Below are positions 1 through 11,895 of a stretch of DNA of 64,000 nt, one piece after another; positions within the stretch are counted from its first letter, which is position 1, and each line of letters begins with the position of its first letter. The notes below the pieces were generated by a model. The model was not told where the DNA came from, did not search any database, and was given only the letters and a program-made list of their open reading frames with translations. The stretch comes from Camelus ferus. Lineage: Eukaryota. The stretch spans positions 108,192,001 to 108,256,000 of the forward strand of contig NC_045697.1 of NCBI RefSeq assembly GCF_009834535.1. The letters are read 5' to 3'. A program made the position numbers and the translations under genes.

Positions 1-359
1 TCAGGAAAAATGCGGGACATTTAGCCTTAGCAGAGACTTCCTGGCAGGATAAACCACAGTCCGATCTGCTATGGCAATTCCTACATGTTTATTTGTTTTT
101 TAAAAACTTTGGATGTCTTGAAAGTCAGCCCTGCTGCCCACACCTGGAGTTGAGAATGACAGCCTGAGTGTTGCCAGATTCTCAGTCATCAAAGAACTAT
201 TCCTTCCTGCTACGTAGATCCCTCTTAGAAGTGTGGGAACAGCCAACGTTATGCTTTAGAAAGAATTTTCAGTCATGGGGGTAGAAGATCAAAGAGGTTT
301 TCTGTGACTGCTTTTCTTTTTGAACAGTGCTTCCTTTGACAAGAAAATTACATAAACCA

Positions 360-558
360 AAGGACCTACTATATAGTACAGGGAATTATATTCAGTTTCT
401 TGTAATAACATATAGTGGAAAAGAATCTGAAAAGAGAAAGTATCAATGTATGTATATGCATAACAGAATCACTTTGCTGTACACCTGAAACTAACATGGT
501 AAATCAACTACACTTCAGTAAAAAAAAAAAAATTTTAATTAAAAGAAAAGAAAAGAAA
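360..558 (+). mobile_element. 5'-truncated young LINE-1 3' end with A-rich tail and 19-bp target-site duplication
   Basis: L1 3'UTR motifs (ggacctactatatagtacagggaa, gaatcactttgctgtacacctgaaactaac), poly-A/AAAG tail; direct repeat aagaaaattacataaacca at 341-359 and 559-577. Confidence 0.9.
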
Positions 559-589
559 AAGAAAATTACATAAACCAGAACATGCTTCT

Positions 590-720
590 TTCATTAATTT
601 ATTCATGTATTTAGTCATTCGACAAATAGTTATTGAACACGTATTAAGTGCCAGGAACAGTGCTAGTCGTGAAGGTTAAAGAACAAACAGTTCCTGCGGT
701 CAGGAAGTCCACAGTCTGAC
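590..720 (-). mobile_element. L2 3' end fragment
   Basis: ttcatt...caaatagttattgaacac...gtgccagg, the reverse complement of the typical L2 terminus. Confidence 0.6.
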
Positions 721-799
721 CAAAGATTCTTGTTGATTGGGTACTTTTATGAAATGTACCAACAATGTCTTTGAGGTACCGTTTTCTCAATATGAATTA

Positions 800-1210
800 A
801 CTTTCCAATGAAGACATGCTTCCATTTGCACCCTCCTCGTCCACTCTCTACCCTCCTCCATCCTCCTCTGCCCTGGAAGCTGGTCTGTGTGCCCTCTGGC
901 TTTTGGTTGGGTTCAGCCAGTGCGAGGTGAGGCAGGAGATGATGGAAGAGGGGACAGGGGGGTTGAAGTGTTTATTTCCCCAGCTTCCCACCTGCTGTGT
1001 TTCTCTATAAAGACCAGTGGGGAACGCTCTCCAGACACTGCTCTTCATAACTGAGGGTGGAATGGCTCCCCACTATTGATCACCTGGGGTCCAGCACTAT
1101 TCCTGTTGGTTTCCTAAACCAGCCCACACCTTTGTAAATGGTTCCTTTATTAAACTCTCTCTGAATTATCTAGCTTCAGGTTGCCATTTGTTTCACACCT
1201 TCCTGAAACA
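800..1210 (+). mobile_element. Old ERVL-class solo LTR (LTR33/LTR16-like)
   Basis: 3' signature cccacacctttgtaaatggttcctttattaaactctct...gccatttgtttc. Confidence 0.55.
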
Positions 1211-1435
1211 GAGCGGGGAGGGATATCGTCATTAAAGGAAAAAACAAGGTATCTGTTCTAGATGATTTCTGGGACCAGTATTAATTGAATACTTTGAGGA
1301 AGCCTTAATTCAAACAATCCTTATTCATAATTGTTTCTTTTCTGATATGTAAGTCAGTAGCATCCTGTGAGATGTTAGCAGATCATAGATTTTAAAGCTT
1401 TTCCTGTTTCTTTTAGCACCAAGGAAACTGTAAAC

Positions 1436-1499
1436 CTACTAATTTCATGACATCATCTATTTCTCAGCCTTGGTGTTTGTGTAAGCTCTCGTCCCACAG
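1436..1499 (-). pseudogene. Candidate exon of the unidentified left-hand gene, with an in-frame stop (LWDESLHKHQG*EIDDVMKLV)
   Basis: Acceptor actcttcctag|, weak donor G|gtttac, phase 0->1 compatible with exon 2035-2120; TGA at 1464-1466. Confidence 0.25.
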
Positions 1500-2034
1500 C
1501 TAGGAAGAGTGGTGTCCTATCTTCAGGTTCAATCTGATGTGAGTTCCCACAGCAGATCTGGACCTCAAGCATCAGGACTTGGCATCGGGTTTGCTGCCTT
1601 CTAGTCTAGCTGTGACCTTGTGCCTCCCTCCTCATTTCTGTACCTCTTCGTCCATTCTCTCTGGGACTTGAAATCCTACTTTAACCAGTACCCATCTCAG
1701 GAATACCCCTCCCATAGGTGGCTGTTTCCAATTGGGGTACAGAGGCTGGGATCTGTCTCTCGGCTCACCTCCAGTGCTCACCAAAAGTGTGGTTGCATCT
1801 CCAAAAAGGGCTTGGTCCCCACTTCTGAGTCCTGCCTTCATAATTCACCACCCCTACCCTGTCCCTAAAGAGAAGGACACCTCTGGAAATGCCAACTAAC
1901 TCATTTATTAAGTGGCTACTGTGTTCTAGGCTCTATTCTAGGTCCTGTGGAGACTGGTTTTATATTGCATTTAGAAAGTAGGAAAAAATGATTGAATCCT
2001 ACTTTTGTTAACAAAAGGAAGAGAGAAAACTTAC

Positions 2035-2120
2035 AGACTTAAGCCTTATTTTTAATTCATCAAGTTGGTTTCTTTTGTTTTCCTTTGAAAACACATCTAC
2101 TGCATCTCCTTTTGTTTCTT
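2035..2120 (-). CDS. Candidate coding exon of unidentified gene: (E)ETKGDAVDVFSKENKRNQLDELKIRLKS
   Basis: Acceptor ctatctttaacaag|, consensus donor TCT|gtaagt, 86 nt, open frame phase 1->0. Confidence 0.55.
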
Positions 2121-3022
2121 CTTGTTAAAGATAGTTAGCTTTCCCTTAAGAGATAAGCAAAGAGTTATGTTTTAAATGATGGTACTCAGGATCTGATTCT
2201 ACCATAATTCCAGAATTGGTGTTTACTTTCAAAGACCATAGGTCTAAAATATCAAAATGTTTCTTTCAATCTCTCACAATGTAGTTTGTGAGATAGATTC
2301 ATGATTTTGCCCGCTTCTATACAACGAGGCTCTTTCTGTCTTTCCACTGGCGACACAAGCTGGCCTTGATTTGCTGAAATCTATTTAACTAATTCTTTTG
2401 AATAAAAAAGCTCACCCAATAGCTTCATTAAAGGTTGCATCCATTTAACAGATTTTAGTTTTATTTAATGAGGCTGTTCAAGAAAGGTTTTAGGTACAGT
2501 TTGGATGACATGGTTTTTCTTAATTGCTTAACTGATGATTTGGCTTCTACGACCATTTATTTTATTGTCTAAGGTCAAGAAAAGTGGTGTGGAAAGAGGC
2601 CAGATCTTCAGTCTGAAGGGTTCACAGGCTATTAAAAACATTAACAAGGCTTTACTGCATCCTCTAGGATGGAAATAATTGCTCTGTAAATGGGAAACTA
2701 GCCTGAGAGTGAACATGTCAAGGGTATCTAGTCTGAAGCTAGAAGAGACAGAAACAGAAAACACAGCTTCTGATTCGTGTTCCATTATTTAATCGCTAAC
2801 ACCACTCAGTTTTAGCTAACGGGATATAATGGCACATTTGACAGACGCCTTCACATCAAGATGAGATAGGAGCCCTGAAAGTCTAATGTCGAACCCTTCT
2901 TCCCTTCTGCTGAGGATGTCACTCAAAATCTCTTCTCTCAATTCCCCTTCCCTGACTGATTATGGAATTCAGAGCCATTCCTACCACAGCCCACTACTCT
3001 CCCCAGGGTGAACCTTGCTTAC

Positions 3023-3137
3023 CAAACACCTGTGTGTAAATAACACGGTAGTAATTCAGGTTGTGTTCTAAGTGCACCATAGGGATCTCACTATTGAAAG
3101 GAACACTGGAATAAATGCTTTGTAAGGCAGAATACCT
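3023..3137 (-). CDS. Candidate coding exon of unidentified gene: RYSALQSIYSSVPFNSEIPMVHLEHNLNYYRVIYTQVF(E)
   Basis: Strong donor TTTG|gtaagc; its phase-1 end joins exon 2035-2120 to make GAA; acceptor uncertain (several AGs, caaaag| chosen for phase 0). Confidence 0.5.
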
Positions 3138-3471
3138 CTTTTGTAATGTCAACAATAGAAATGTAGACAAAGCTTCCAATTTACCTAAGTTTAGATTTTT
3201 ACATATTGGGTTTCATTAAAGCAGAACATATCAGTAAATGAAAACATTTTAAGCCTCAGCCCTTGGCCCATCATAATGGTTTTTTAAAAATCTCATTACA
3301 ATAAAACCCATTAGTTTGAATAATTAAACAAAAAAAATGTTTTCTGCATGCATTGAAATCTCTGATTTGAATAGGGAAAAAGCACAACTGAATGTCTTGT
3401 TTTTAAGCCTCGATTTCAATCTTGTTTGAAAATGGCAAACAGTATAATGACTTGAGTGAGGTGGAAAGTTC

Positions 3472-3565
3472 CCTGTGGGGGAGGGGGAGGAGGATGGGGG
3501 TGAGGGAGGAGGAGGGTAGTGGGGGGGAGGGATAGGGGTGGGGAGGTGGGGGAGGTGATGAGGAA
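3472..3565. repeat. G/A-rich low-complexity tract (G-quadruplex potential)
   Basis: Repeated GGGG(A/T) runs. Confidence 0.8.
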
Positions 3566-4293
3566 AGACAGCCTACCCTGAGGGCTATAGAGGCAGATAG
3601 AAAAGAGCAGAGTATCCAAACCTTGGAGAACATGGTCAACGCGTACGACCTGATTTCAATCTTTACAACCATAGAGGTTTTGTCATCCCCAGTTCTACGA
3701 AGAGATGAAAGCTCGGAAGTGTTACATAACTTTTCTAAGGTCACACAAGTGCTAAGCAGAGGTCAGAATTCAAATTCACATCTCTGCCTGGCAAATTAAG
3801 TGCTCTTAACCCCTCCGCCTACTCGTCCGTTGGAACTTAAATTGTTGGTAATTGTACATTTTTGACCAACACAGATGGAATTTCACATGGTTCAACTAAA
3901 ACCTCTCTACCATACAGAAATGCAAGCAGAAAAAGGTCAAGATGATCCAAGGGGACTTGAATCTGTTTGGTGGGACAGAAAGAGCCCAGATCACAGCCAT
4001 TTCTCACCCCAGTCCTGCTGGCTTCACGTCCATCCCTCTGAATTTTGGATGTATCTGCACATCCCTCTTTTTATTCAAGAATCTTTATAGGGCACCATCT
4101 GCACACCAGGTCCTGGGAAAAATGCTGGAGGTACCAAGTGAGTACCATTTTGTCCTTGACCTTGAGAGGTCTGTAGTCTTACTCTTCAAGGAACACATTA
4201 AGAGTCGATACATCGCCCGAGCAGAAAAATCATTTCAGGGACGGCTCCAACAGCCTTTGTGCACGTGGCACTGGCCCCGCTGACTTAGCGCAC

Positions 4294-4387
4294 CTCCTCA
4301 AAGAGAGGAGCGAGGAGGGCCACCCTGCTTCTCCTTGAGGCTCTCCTGATTTGCAGTCTCTTCATCTTGGTGGTGAACGAAAGTAGC
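4294..4387 (-). CDS. Candidate coding exon of unidentified gene: LLSFTTKMKRLQIRRASRRSRVALLAPLFEE
   Basis: Acceptor tttctttcctccatgtgtcgcag|, donor GAG|gtgcgc, 94 nt, only one open frame (phase 2->0); an internal ATG (accaagATG) is also possible. Confidence 0.5.
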
Positions 4388-4712
4388 CTGCGACACATGG
4401 AGGAAAGAAATCAAAAGTTTAGAATCCAGGATGCGATGATACTCCTTCCTCAGCTCGTTTGTCACTCTTAACGACCCATCATCTCACGGCTCAGGGGAAA
4501 CCACATCTCACCGAAGGTTTATTTCCTTAGACGCCATAGTCGTCACGATCTGACTTCTGTCCTGTATACTGTATTTTTAACATTAGCAAAATCCCAGCAA
4601 ACAAAAACATTTGGGAAAGTCTGGAAGTAAATGAGATTTCAGTTTACATATATCTATACACGCATGTGTTCACGACGGTGAGTTTACTAAAGTGAGCTGA
4701 TAGTTTGTGTAG

Positions 4713-4901
4713 CCTTTTTTTTTTTCTTTTTTGTTGGCTTTTTTCTTTTTTGTTGATTTTTTCTTCTTTTTTGGTTTTTTTTTTTCCTTTGTGGGGGAGG
4801 TAATTTGGTTTATTTACTTATTTAATGGAGGCACTGGGGATTGAACCCAAGACCTTGTGCACACTAAGTATGTGCTCTACCACTGAGCTTATACCCTCCC
4901 C
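4713..4901 (-). mobile_element. Camelid tRNA-Ala-derived SINE (Vic-1-like)
   Basis: Reverse complement of ggggagggtataagctcagtggtagag...ggttcaatccccagt, T-rich tail, TSD-like tttgtgta(g/a)c on both sides. Confidence 0.9.
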
Positions 4902-5483
4902 CTTTGTGTAACTTTTAAACAAGCAAACAAACTAGCTAACTAACCGACTAACTCAGTCATTTCCTCTGGGATATTCCTGCCCAGTGCGCATGATTTCACA
5001 CACACTTCCTAGCCTTCAAGTGTTTTCCTTCAGAACATGGTCTTTTCAGATGGGTTAGGTCAGACATCAAATTTAGTCAGTTACTTGAGTTTAGTTTAGA
5101 GCAGAAACCAAACTCACCTCAAATGTTCTGCAGGATAGTTTTTGTTCAATGGAGACAAATCCTTCACTTTGGGCTGACCCTCAGTACTATAAAACAAACC
5201 CTCACTTATCCTGAACACTGGAGTGGGATGTCATGGAGTTGCTAATTATTAATGACAACTAATGGCTGGTAGTTATTGATGACATTTGTGAGAGCAGGAT
5301 AAAAATAATAATTATAATAATGTGAAGTGTCATGAACAAACAGTAATTGCGATAATGATTGCTATTATAATAATGAGTGAGAATGATTTTAGGTTATTAA
5401 ATCAATAAGGATAATGGAAGCCTGCATGTATATATATGTTACAATTGTAGAAGGTTGCCAGATAAAGAGAATAGTGACTCTTC

Positions 5484-5933
5484 TTTTTAATTGAAGTATA
5501 GTCGATTTACAAAGTTGTATTAATTTCTGGTGTACAGCATAGGGATTCATTTATACATTTGTATACATATTCTTTTTCATTATAGGCCATTACAAGGTAT
5601 TAAATATAGTTTCCTATGCTATACAGTAGGACCTTGTTTATCTATTTTATATATAGTTGTTAGCATCTACAAATCCTGAACTCCTAAATTCTCCCTCTCT
5701 ACACCTTTTCTTCCCTGGTAACTGTAAGTTTGTTCTCTATGTCTATGAGTCTGTCTCTGTTTCGTAAATAAGTTCATTTGAGTCCTTCTTTTCCTTAGAT
5801 TCCACATATAAGTGATATCATATGGTATTTTTTTCTCCTTCTGGCTGACTTCACTTAGTATGATGATCTCCAGGTCCATCCATGTTGCTGCAAATGGCAT
5901 TATTTTATTCTTTTTATGGCTGAGTAGTATTCC

Positions 5934-5979
<46 letters not shown>

Positions 5980-6302
5980 TGTGTGTGTATCTCACATCTT
6001 CTTTATCCAGTCATCTGTCGATGGACATTTAGGTTGTTTCCATGTCTTGGCAATTGTAAGTAGTGCTTCTATGAACATTCGGGTGCCTGTATCATTTTGA
6101 ATTAGCGTTTCCTCCAAATATATGCCCAGGAGTGAGATTGCTGGATCATACAGTAAGTCTATTTTCGGTTTTTTAAGGAATCTCCGTACTGTTTTCTATA
6201 GTGGCTGCACCAAACTACATTCCCACCAGCAGTGTAGGAGGGTTCCCTTTTCTCTTCACCCTCTCCGGCATTTATCATTTGTGGACTTTTTAATGATAGC
6301 CA
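5484..6302 (-). mobile_element. Young LINE-1 3' fragment (ORF2 C-terminus plus 3'UTR) with internal (TG)n
   Basis: ORF 5667-5900 MPFAATWMDLEIIILSEVSQ is the L1 ORF2 C-terminus; (TG)n at 5937-5988. Confidence 0.95.
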
Positions 6303-6314
6303 AGGAAGAGTCAC

Positions 6315-6545
6315 TGTTGACTGAAGACTTATTAAGTGCCAGGTGCTGTGCCCTGGGTGTAAGACACAGCATCTCCTTTAATTCACAGCAGCTCTGTGAG
6401 TAGGTAGTCTTGGTAGCAGGATTATCCTTGTTACACTAATGAGAAAATGGGGATTTAGAGCAGTTCTGCAATTTGATGATGATAACTTAATAACTGGTAA
6501 ATGGCAAAGAAAGAATTTAAATCTGGTCTCGCTAATGCCAAAGTA
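6315..6545 (-). mobile_element. MIR
   Basis: gacttattaagtgccagg...ctctgtgagtagg...attatcc...atgagaaaatggg core pattern. Confidence 0.6.
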
Positions 6546-6629
6546 TTACACGTAATACACTTAAGTACTAACTTAATACACTTAACCAGTATTCTATAGT
6601 TAATTAAAACAACAGGTATATTCTGTTAC

Positions 6630-6775
6630 CTAGGGCAACCCAGACAGCCGCTGAACCGCCAGGGACCCCAAGTACTGACAAGTCATCTTAGACCCAAGGG
6701 TCCCAGCTGGCATTAGGACCTGCCCACAGACCAGCGTGGTGACAACCCCACAAAGACTGGTCTGCGGAACTGTCC
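6630..6775 (-). pseudogene. Candidate disabled exon of the left-hand gene
   Basis: Strong acceptor tactcttttctcccag|, donor TAG|gtaaca, 146 nt phase 0->2 bridging exons 7411-7463 and 4294-4387, but two stops in that frame. Confidence 0.25.
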
Positions 6776-7410
6776 CTGGGAGAAAAGAGTATTTCTGTAA
6801 AGAGGAGGGACTTGGGTTACTGAATTGAGGATAACATCTCATAAAAATGTGCTTCCTTGGGGTGTTTTTGTCAGATGTCTGATCTAAGCCACATTTAGCC
6901 TCTTCGTCCAGACCAGCGGCAAGTTCCCTGCCCTCTGGTGACCCTGAATTGTGTGCTCAGAAAAGCCGATGTGTTTGTACTTGTCTGTGTTGCCTTAAGA
7001 ATGCGAGTGGGTCTGGGACTTCATCATGACTACATTTACTAAAAACCGAAGTCCTGAACCCTTTGGTGATTTGTTTGAAATGTTGGCTGTCCTAGCTTCT
7101 ATTTTTTGAAAGATGTCAGTTTTTTTTTTTTTCTTATTTGACAAAGCGATCATAGGATCGTTGGTAAATATTTTATATAGCCTGGAGTTACTTATTCATT
7201 AACAAAAGTTATCAGTTTTGCAATGAATTATAACAAAATCATAAACTTGACCCTAAGACTGTGACGAGCATGGCTTAGTGATTCCACGGACACAGGATCT
7301 CTTGGTAATTGCAAGCATCACTAAGAGCATCACTTGTCACCATGCGGGGAAAATACGGCCATCTGAGTATTGTCCACGGGCTTTTGGATAAATGAGCACT
7401 CGCTACTGAC

Positions 7411-7463
7411 TTCGAAAAATGATGCATGAGAACTAATACGAACTCGAAATGGTTGAAAATTCA
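7411..7463 (-). CDS. Candidate exon of unidentified gene: NFQPFRVRISSHASFFE
   Basis: Strong acceptor ttcctctgctttacag|, donor GAA|gtcagt, CpG-retaining, phase 1->0. Confidence 0.35.
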
Positions 7464-7977
7464 CTGTAAAGCAGAGGAAATATCAACCTTTATGCTAAGA
7501 GCACGGCAGTGCACCTGTTTTCCTCGTGGAGACCTGATTGCATTCCACAGCAAATGGGCCTAAACAGGAGTGCCGTATACCGCAGGGCTTCGCGGTCGGG
7601 CTGGTTATTGGCCATGCAGACTGCTCGGGTCTGCTGGGGTCACACACTTGCAGGGCGGGGTTGGCCTTCTTTTCCTTAGAGTCAATTTTTAAACCAAAAC
7701 AAGGAGGATAAGCAAAATGGCTTTTGGCTGGAGTCGTGATGAACTCGCAGAGAAAGGGGGTTCTGGGACCATCACACACTCCTTGACAAAGTGAGTTAAC
7801 TCAGAGAGCCAGACTGGAGAAGGGACCTCCCTCTGCTGAGGACAGACGAGCCCGGCTCTCGGAAGGCCCAGCAGAAATTATGAGCAGCTGTGTGAGGCTA
7901 ACTAACTAACGTTATCTTTCTGCACCACAGGCCAGTGTGTACCAGGTTGCAAATCTACAGCTTACATGAAAAATTAA

Positions 7978-8150
7978 GGGGGAGAGTATAGCTCAGGGGT
8001 AGAGTGCATGATCAGCATGCATGAGGTCCTGGGTTCAATTCCCAGCACCTCCACTAAATAAACAAATAAGTAAGTAAGTAAGTAAATAAATAAATAAATA
8101 AACCTAATTACCTACCCCCCAACTAAAACTAAAATTTTAAACATTTAAAC
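7978..8150 (+). mobile_element. Camelid tRNA-Ala-derived SINE
   Basis: A-box tagctcaggggtag, B-box ggttcaattcc, (TAAG/TAAA)n tail, TSD aaaaattaa. Confidence 0.92.
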
Positions 8151-8782
8151 AAAAATTAAATTGAAAGACGTTGAATGATCAGCATCATGAAATCTGCCAA
8201 TTTCCCACCTTCCTGCATCCAGGGTTCAATTTTGTAAGTTACTATTTCACGAGCGTTGTTTCAGTCAGGTTTGCATCCATGTTTAAAGAATGCAGTGCTG
8301 GCATAGAAGCTGGTGAGATGCTGGCACCCGGGTAAGTGGAAATGATTCACACCATGGACTTCCTGTTTTGTGGGGGGGGGGGTGCTGCTGCCCACGATGA
8401 TGAGACCTGGCAGATGCGTAGTGTTTTCTGGCAAAGTACCCACTCTCGTTTGTTCTCCACTGCAACCTCTAAGGCCGGCCAGGCAGGGAGTGTGTTTCTG
8501 GTAAGTGAGTTGTGACCAAAAGAATGGGAACAGAGAGTTTCATAAAACCAGCAAAGCTCCATTACAACCAGGGTGCCCCATGCACAGGGCAGAAATACAT
8601 CACAATGCTTGATCGATAAAATGATGGACTGCATTTGGATAAAGTTCTCATTACAATTCTCCCACTCATAACAGCTTCAGAGATTTGACTGTTCCTTCTC
8701 TGGTTCGTCACCAGTAGGAACATTTTCATCAAAACTGGGTATTCCATGCTTAAGAGTTCTCCTGACTCTGCTTCTTACTCAC

Positions 8783-8883
8783 CAAATAGAGTCATAATCC
8801 TTAGTATGTAACTTCAAAATCCTTTACACAATAACCAATTGCTTCCCCAAAGAGGATTGTGACTTCGAATGGAGAATAAGCTG
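8783..8883 (-). other. Candidate non-coding or pseudo-exon
   Basis: Acceptor taatttccttcag|, consensus donor TTG|gtgagt; stops in all three frames (best frame AYSPFEVTILFGEAIGYCVKDFEVTY*). Confidence 0.3.
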
Positions 8884-9539
8884 CTGAAGGAAATTAACTC
8901 TCAAGAAATGAAAGTCCTGTTTCTGTGCACTTAGAGGCAGGAAACGAAAAAAAAAATCAGAGGCTATCAGACAAATGCCAAAGCATCCTTTATCCTGCCT
9001 CTAGACTGTCAAGACCGAACACGTCGCTCACAAGGTTACTCTGTCCTCTTATTCAAGGCTTAGAGCTGAGAGGATAGGTGGGGCTCATTCCCCAGAATCC
9101 TTTGGCCCCTTTTGGCAAATTTGCCTGAAAGGCCATGGCTTGTTAAGACCTCCTTAATTTCCTAACAGAAATGATACCCAAACCAATCCATTTACATCCC
9201 CTCTTAAGATTTTTACTCACTGGCTGAATCCTTAAAGATTTTCCGCTTTCTGCACTTGAAAAAGCAGGGGAGATCTCACAGGTGACAGGAAACAAGCACA
9301 CATCATTTAGTTTGAAAAACAGAAAACACGGATCCACGTGTTGAAAAGTAGTGTGTGCATTCATAGAACCCACTTGTTTGCCCTCAAGGTCAAATTAGCA
9401 ACAATTATGAAAGCAAATCCACAAAAGCATAAAAATGCCAGATTAAGTCAGATGAATCCTCCATCTTGTGCTGTATTTGGGCTTTCTGGGACACTGGTCA
9501 ACAGAGGGGGATGGCCTGTGGAGATAAAGAAGCTTGGTG

Positions 9540-9700
9540 ACCAGGGTCGCAGCTCTGAGTCCCGGCAACCTGAACGGATAATCTTGAGCTGGTCACTTCA
9601 CCTCTCCGATGCCAGTTTTCCTCGTCTGGTTGGCTTCTTCCTACTTAAGGGGTTGTTTTGGGAGCTTAATTAGACAATGGATATGAACGTATTTTGTAAT
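9540..9700 (+). mobile_element. MIR
   Basis: gtcacttcacctctccgatgccagttttcctcgtctg core. Confidence 0.55.
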
Positions 9701-9874
9701 CTGCATGGGTAACAAACATCATTGTGCAAAATGAGGGACCCAGGTATCTGGAGGAGGGGAGAGGTGAGGGGGGCCCCCAGCATGCCCCATGCCAGCACCA
9801 CGGATTCCCAGCCCAGGGCTTCACCACTGCACAGCTATGTGTAGATGGTTTGAGTCCATTGTTTCAGTTCAGAC

Positions 9875-10290
9875 TAGGCATCCTGAGTGGTGTTCCCAGA
9901 TGCAGAGCCTGAAATGAGATTCTTGTGACGGAGGGAACACTGTCAGGAGAGCAACCTGTGAGTGAGGACCACAGGACGAGGCAGGAGAGGAAGTAAAACA
10001 AAGACATGGTATCAGTTGAAGCCCAGACTCAGCCAGATCCCGCCCAGGCTCTGGAGCAGGACAGACAGCATGGGGAGGGGCTGGCTGCCTGTAACTGTGT
10101 CAATCAGTCCTTGACCATGGGCTGCGTATATCCCTCCCTACCTGCACAGAGTGAAGATGCGATAAGGGAACCAAAATCTTCCAGCTGTTTCCATGTGATG
10201 TGAACAAATTTTTCAAAGGGGCAGCTCTGAAGCTGTTAGCAGCCAACCTCACAGTCAGCAGATGTGGATAGCGGCCTTATGTTGGCCACC
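9875..10290 (-). mobile_element. ERVL-class LTR (LTR16-like)
   Basis: cccagatgcagagcctgaaatgagattcttgtg start; agctctgaagctgttagcagccaac. Confidence 0.5.
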
Positions 10291-10419
10291 AAGAGCATTT
10301 GATCCAGATGGGGAAACTAAGGCTCAGAGAGGGTAAGGGTCTTGCTGGCCTCAGGGCCTTTGCTTCTGCTTTTCTTGTGCATGAAACTCTCCTGTCCTCC
10401 CTCTTCATTTGCCAATCCT

Positions 10420-10730
10420 TACTAATCATGTAAATTACAGTTCCAATGTCGCTCCTTCTAGGAACCATCCTCCCCCCATCCCAGATTAGTCCAGTCCCTC
10501 CAGGTGCTCTCACAGCACCTTGTGCTTGTCCTTGGAGGCACTTATCAAAATTGTAATTTAAATAATGATTTTTGCCATCATTTATTTGATATCTGCCTTC
10601 TCTGTTAGACTGTAAACTTTTTGAAGGCAGGGACCACCCATGCCTCATTTGCTGCTAGACTCTGTTATGTGGCTCAGTGCTGGTACATAGTAGGTGTTTG
10701 GTAAATATTTCTCGAATGAACAATGGAATA
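10420..10730 (+). mobile_element. L2 3' end
   Basis: tagactgtaaactttttgaaggcagggacc...tggtacatagtaggtg...aaatattt...gaatgaa. Confidence 0.75.
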
Positions 10731-11569
10731 GAGTCAGTATGAGAGTTTAAAACCAGGTCTCTGTCTCAAAACCACATTCTATTTCTACTCTGCTTTTGAG
10801 CTTGCAGAATTTTGGTTTATTTATATTTCATGTTTGGACGAACTTTGCAAATCGAGTCTGGAAGTCAGTTTCCTGCTCGATTTATGTTTACATTTTTGCC
10901 ACACCTTATGCCCAGAATGAGCCTGCTATAGAAAGTGGCACTTTGGTCCTTTATGTTCAAACCACCTCTTTCAGGTTTCTGGACGTGCTCTTTTGCACGG
11001 TTTTGCAAGTTCCCATGAGCCAGACTGTCTCCGCCTCTCCTCCTGTCCCCTTCAGAAGACAAACCCTTTGATCATATCTTGCTCAGCCTTTGTGCTTCCA
11101 GGCGGAAGAGTTTCAATCATCTTAGCTTGTCTTCCTACAAGAAAATCACATTTCCTTGATCATTTCAGCCCTTCTCCTCTGGACTTTTTCTAGCTCTGTC
11201 TAGGTTTCCTGATGAGTTATCCAACTCGAGCTGAGCTCTAGGTAAGCAATCCCTTTGTTGATCTCTCATGGATTCTCTAGTTGACGCAGGAGGGTGGCAA
11301 CTGTTTCAGACCCTGCAGTCTCCCTTCTATCCCCAAGCCCATCCCCACGCAGTGAGCTCGGCAGTTGACCTCTCACCCTCTCCTTGCCAAAGATGAGATC
11401 ATCCTAAGCAAGCCCTCAGCCTGACCCCAGCCTCTCTCATCCTTTCCTGCACTTCAAAGGGAAGAGCTGTTCTTCCAAAACCCCATTCTTTCCCAAATTG
11501 TAAAAGTGCTCTTCTCAGACTTATCCTTTCCCTCTCTCGTCTCTTCTCCTTGGAATGATTGACATTAGC

Positions 11570-11895
11570 TGTTGTCTCAAATAGCACCCTAATTTCATTG
11601 GCTTAACACAGCAGAGACCAATGTCTCACTTTCACAGTCTGATAAGGGTTGTGTGGCTCCCCCTCGGTTACGAAGCAATGTTATCTGGAACGCGTAGCCC
11701 CTGGACACGCCAAGTAGGGGGGAAAGGATGATGGAGAAAGCTCATCGGCTCTCATTAGCCTCTACCAAAAGCACATGTCTCCCTATTCTTGGTCCACGGC
11801 CAGATCTAATCACATAGTCCTAGTTTATTTGCAAAGAAGGCTGGGAAATGTGGCGGAGTGGACGGACTATTAGGTGAACCATCATCTCTGCTACG
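11570..11895 (-). mobile_element. MLT1 (MaLR) LTR, old
   Basis: cctaatttcattggcttaacacagcag...ctaatcacatagtcc...gcaaagaaggctgggaaatgt. Confidence 0.55.

Noticed and set aside
7515..7559. Possible exon GPFAVECNQVSTRKT upstream of 7411-7463
   Set aside because: Would need a 51-nt intron, below the usual mammalian minimum.
7978..8052. tRNA-Ala(AGC)-like sequences (also 4828-4901, 29497-29572, 30413-30488, 34996-35070, 39992-40065) as tRNA genes
   Set aside because: AT-rich tails or TSDs and many stem mismatches show they are SINE copies.
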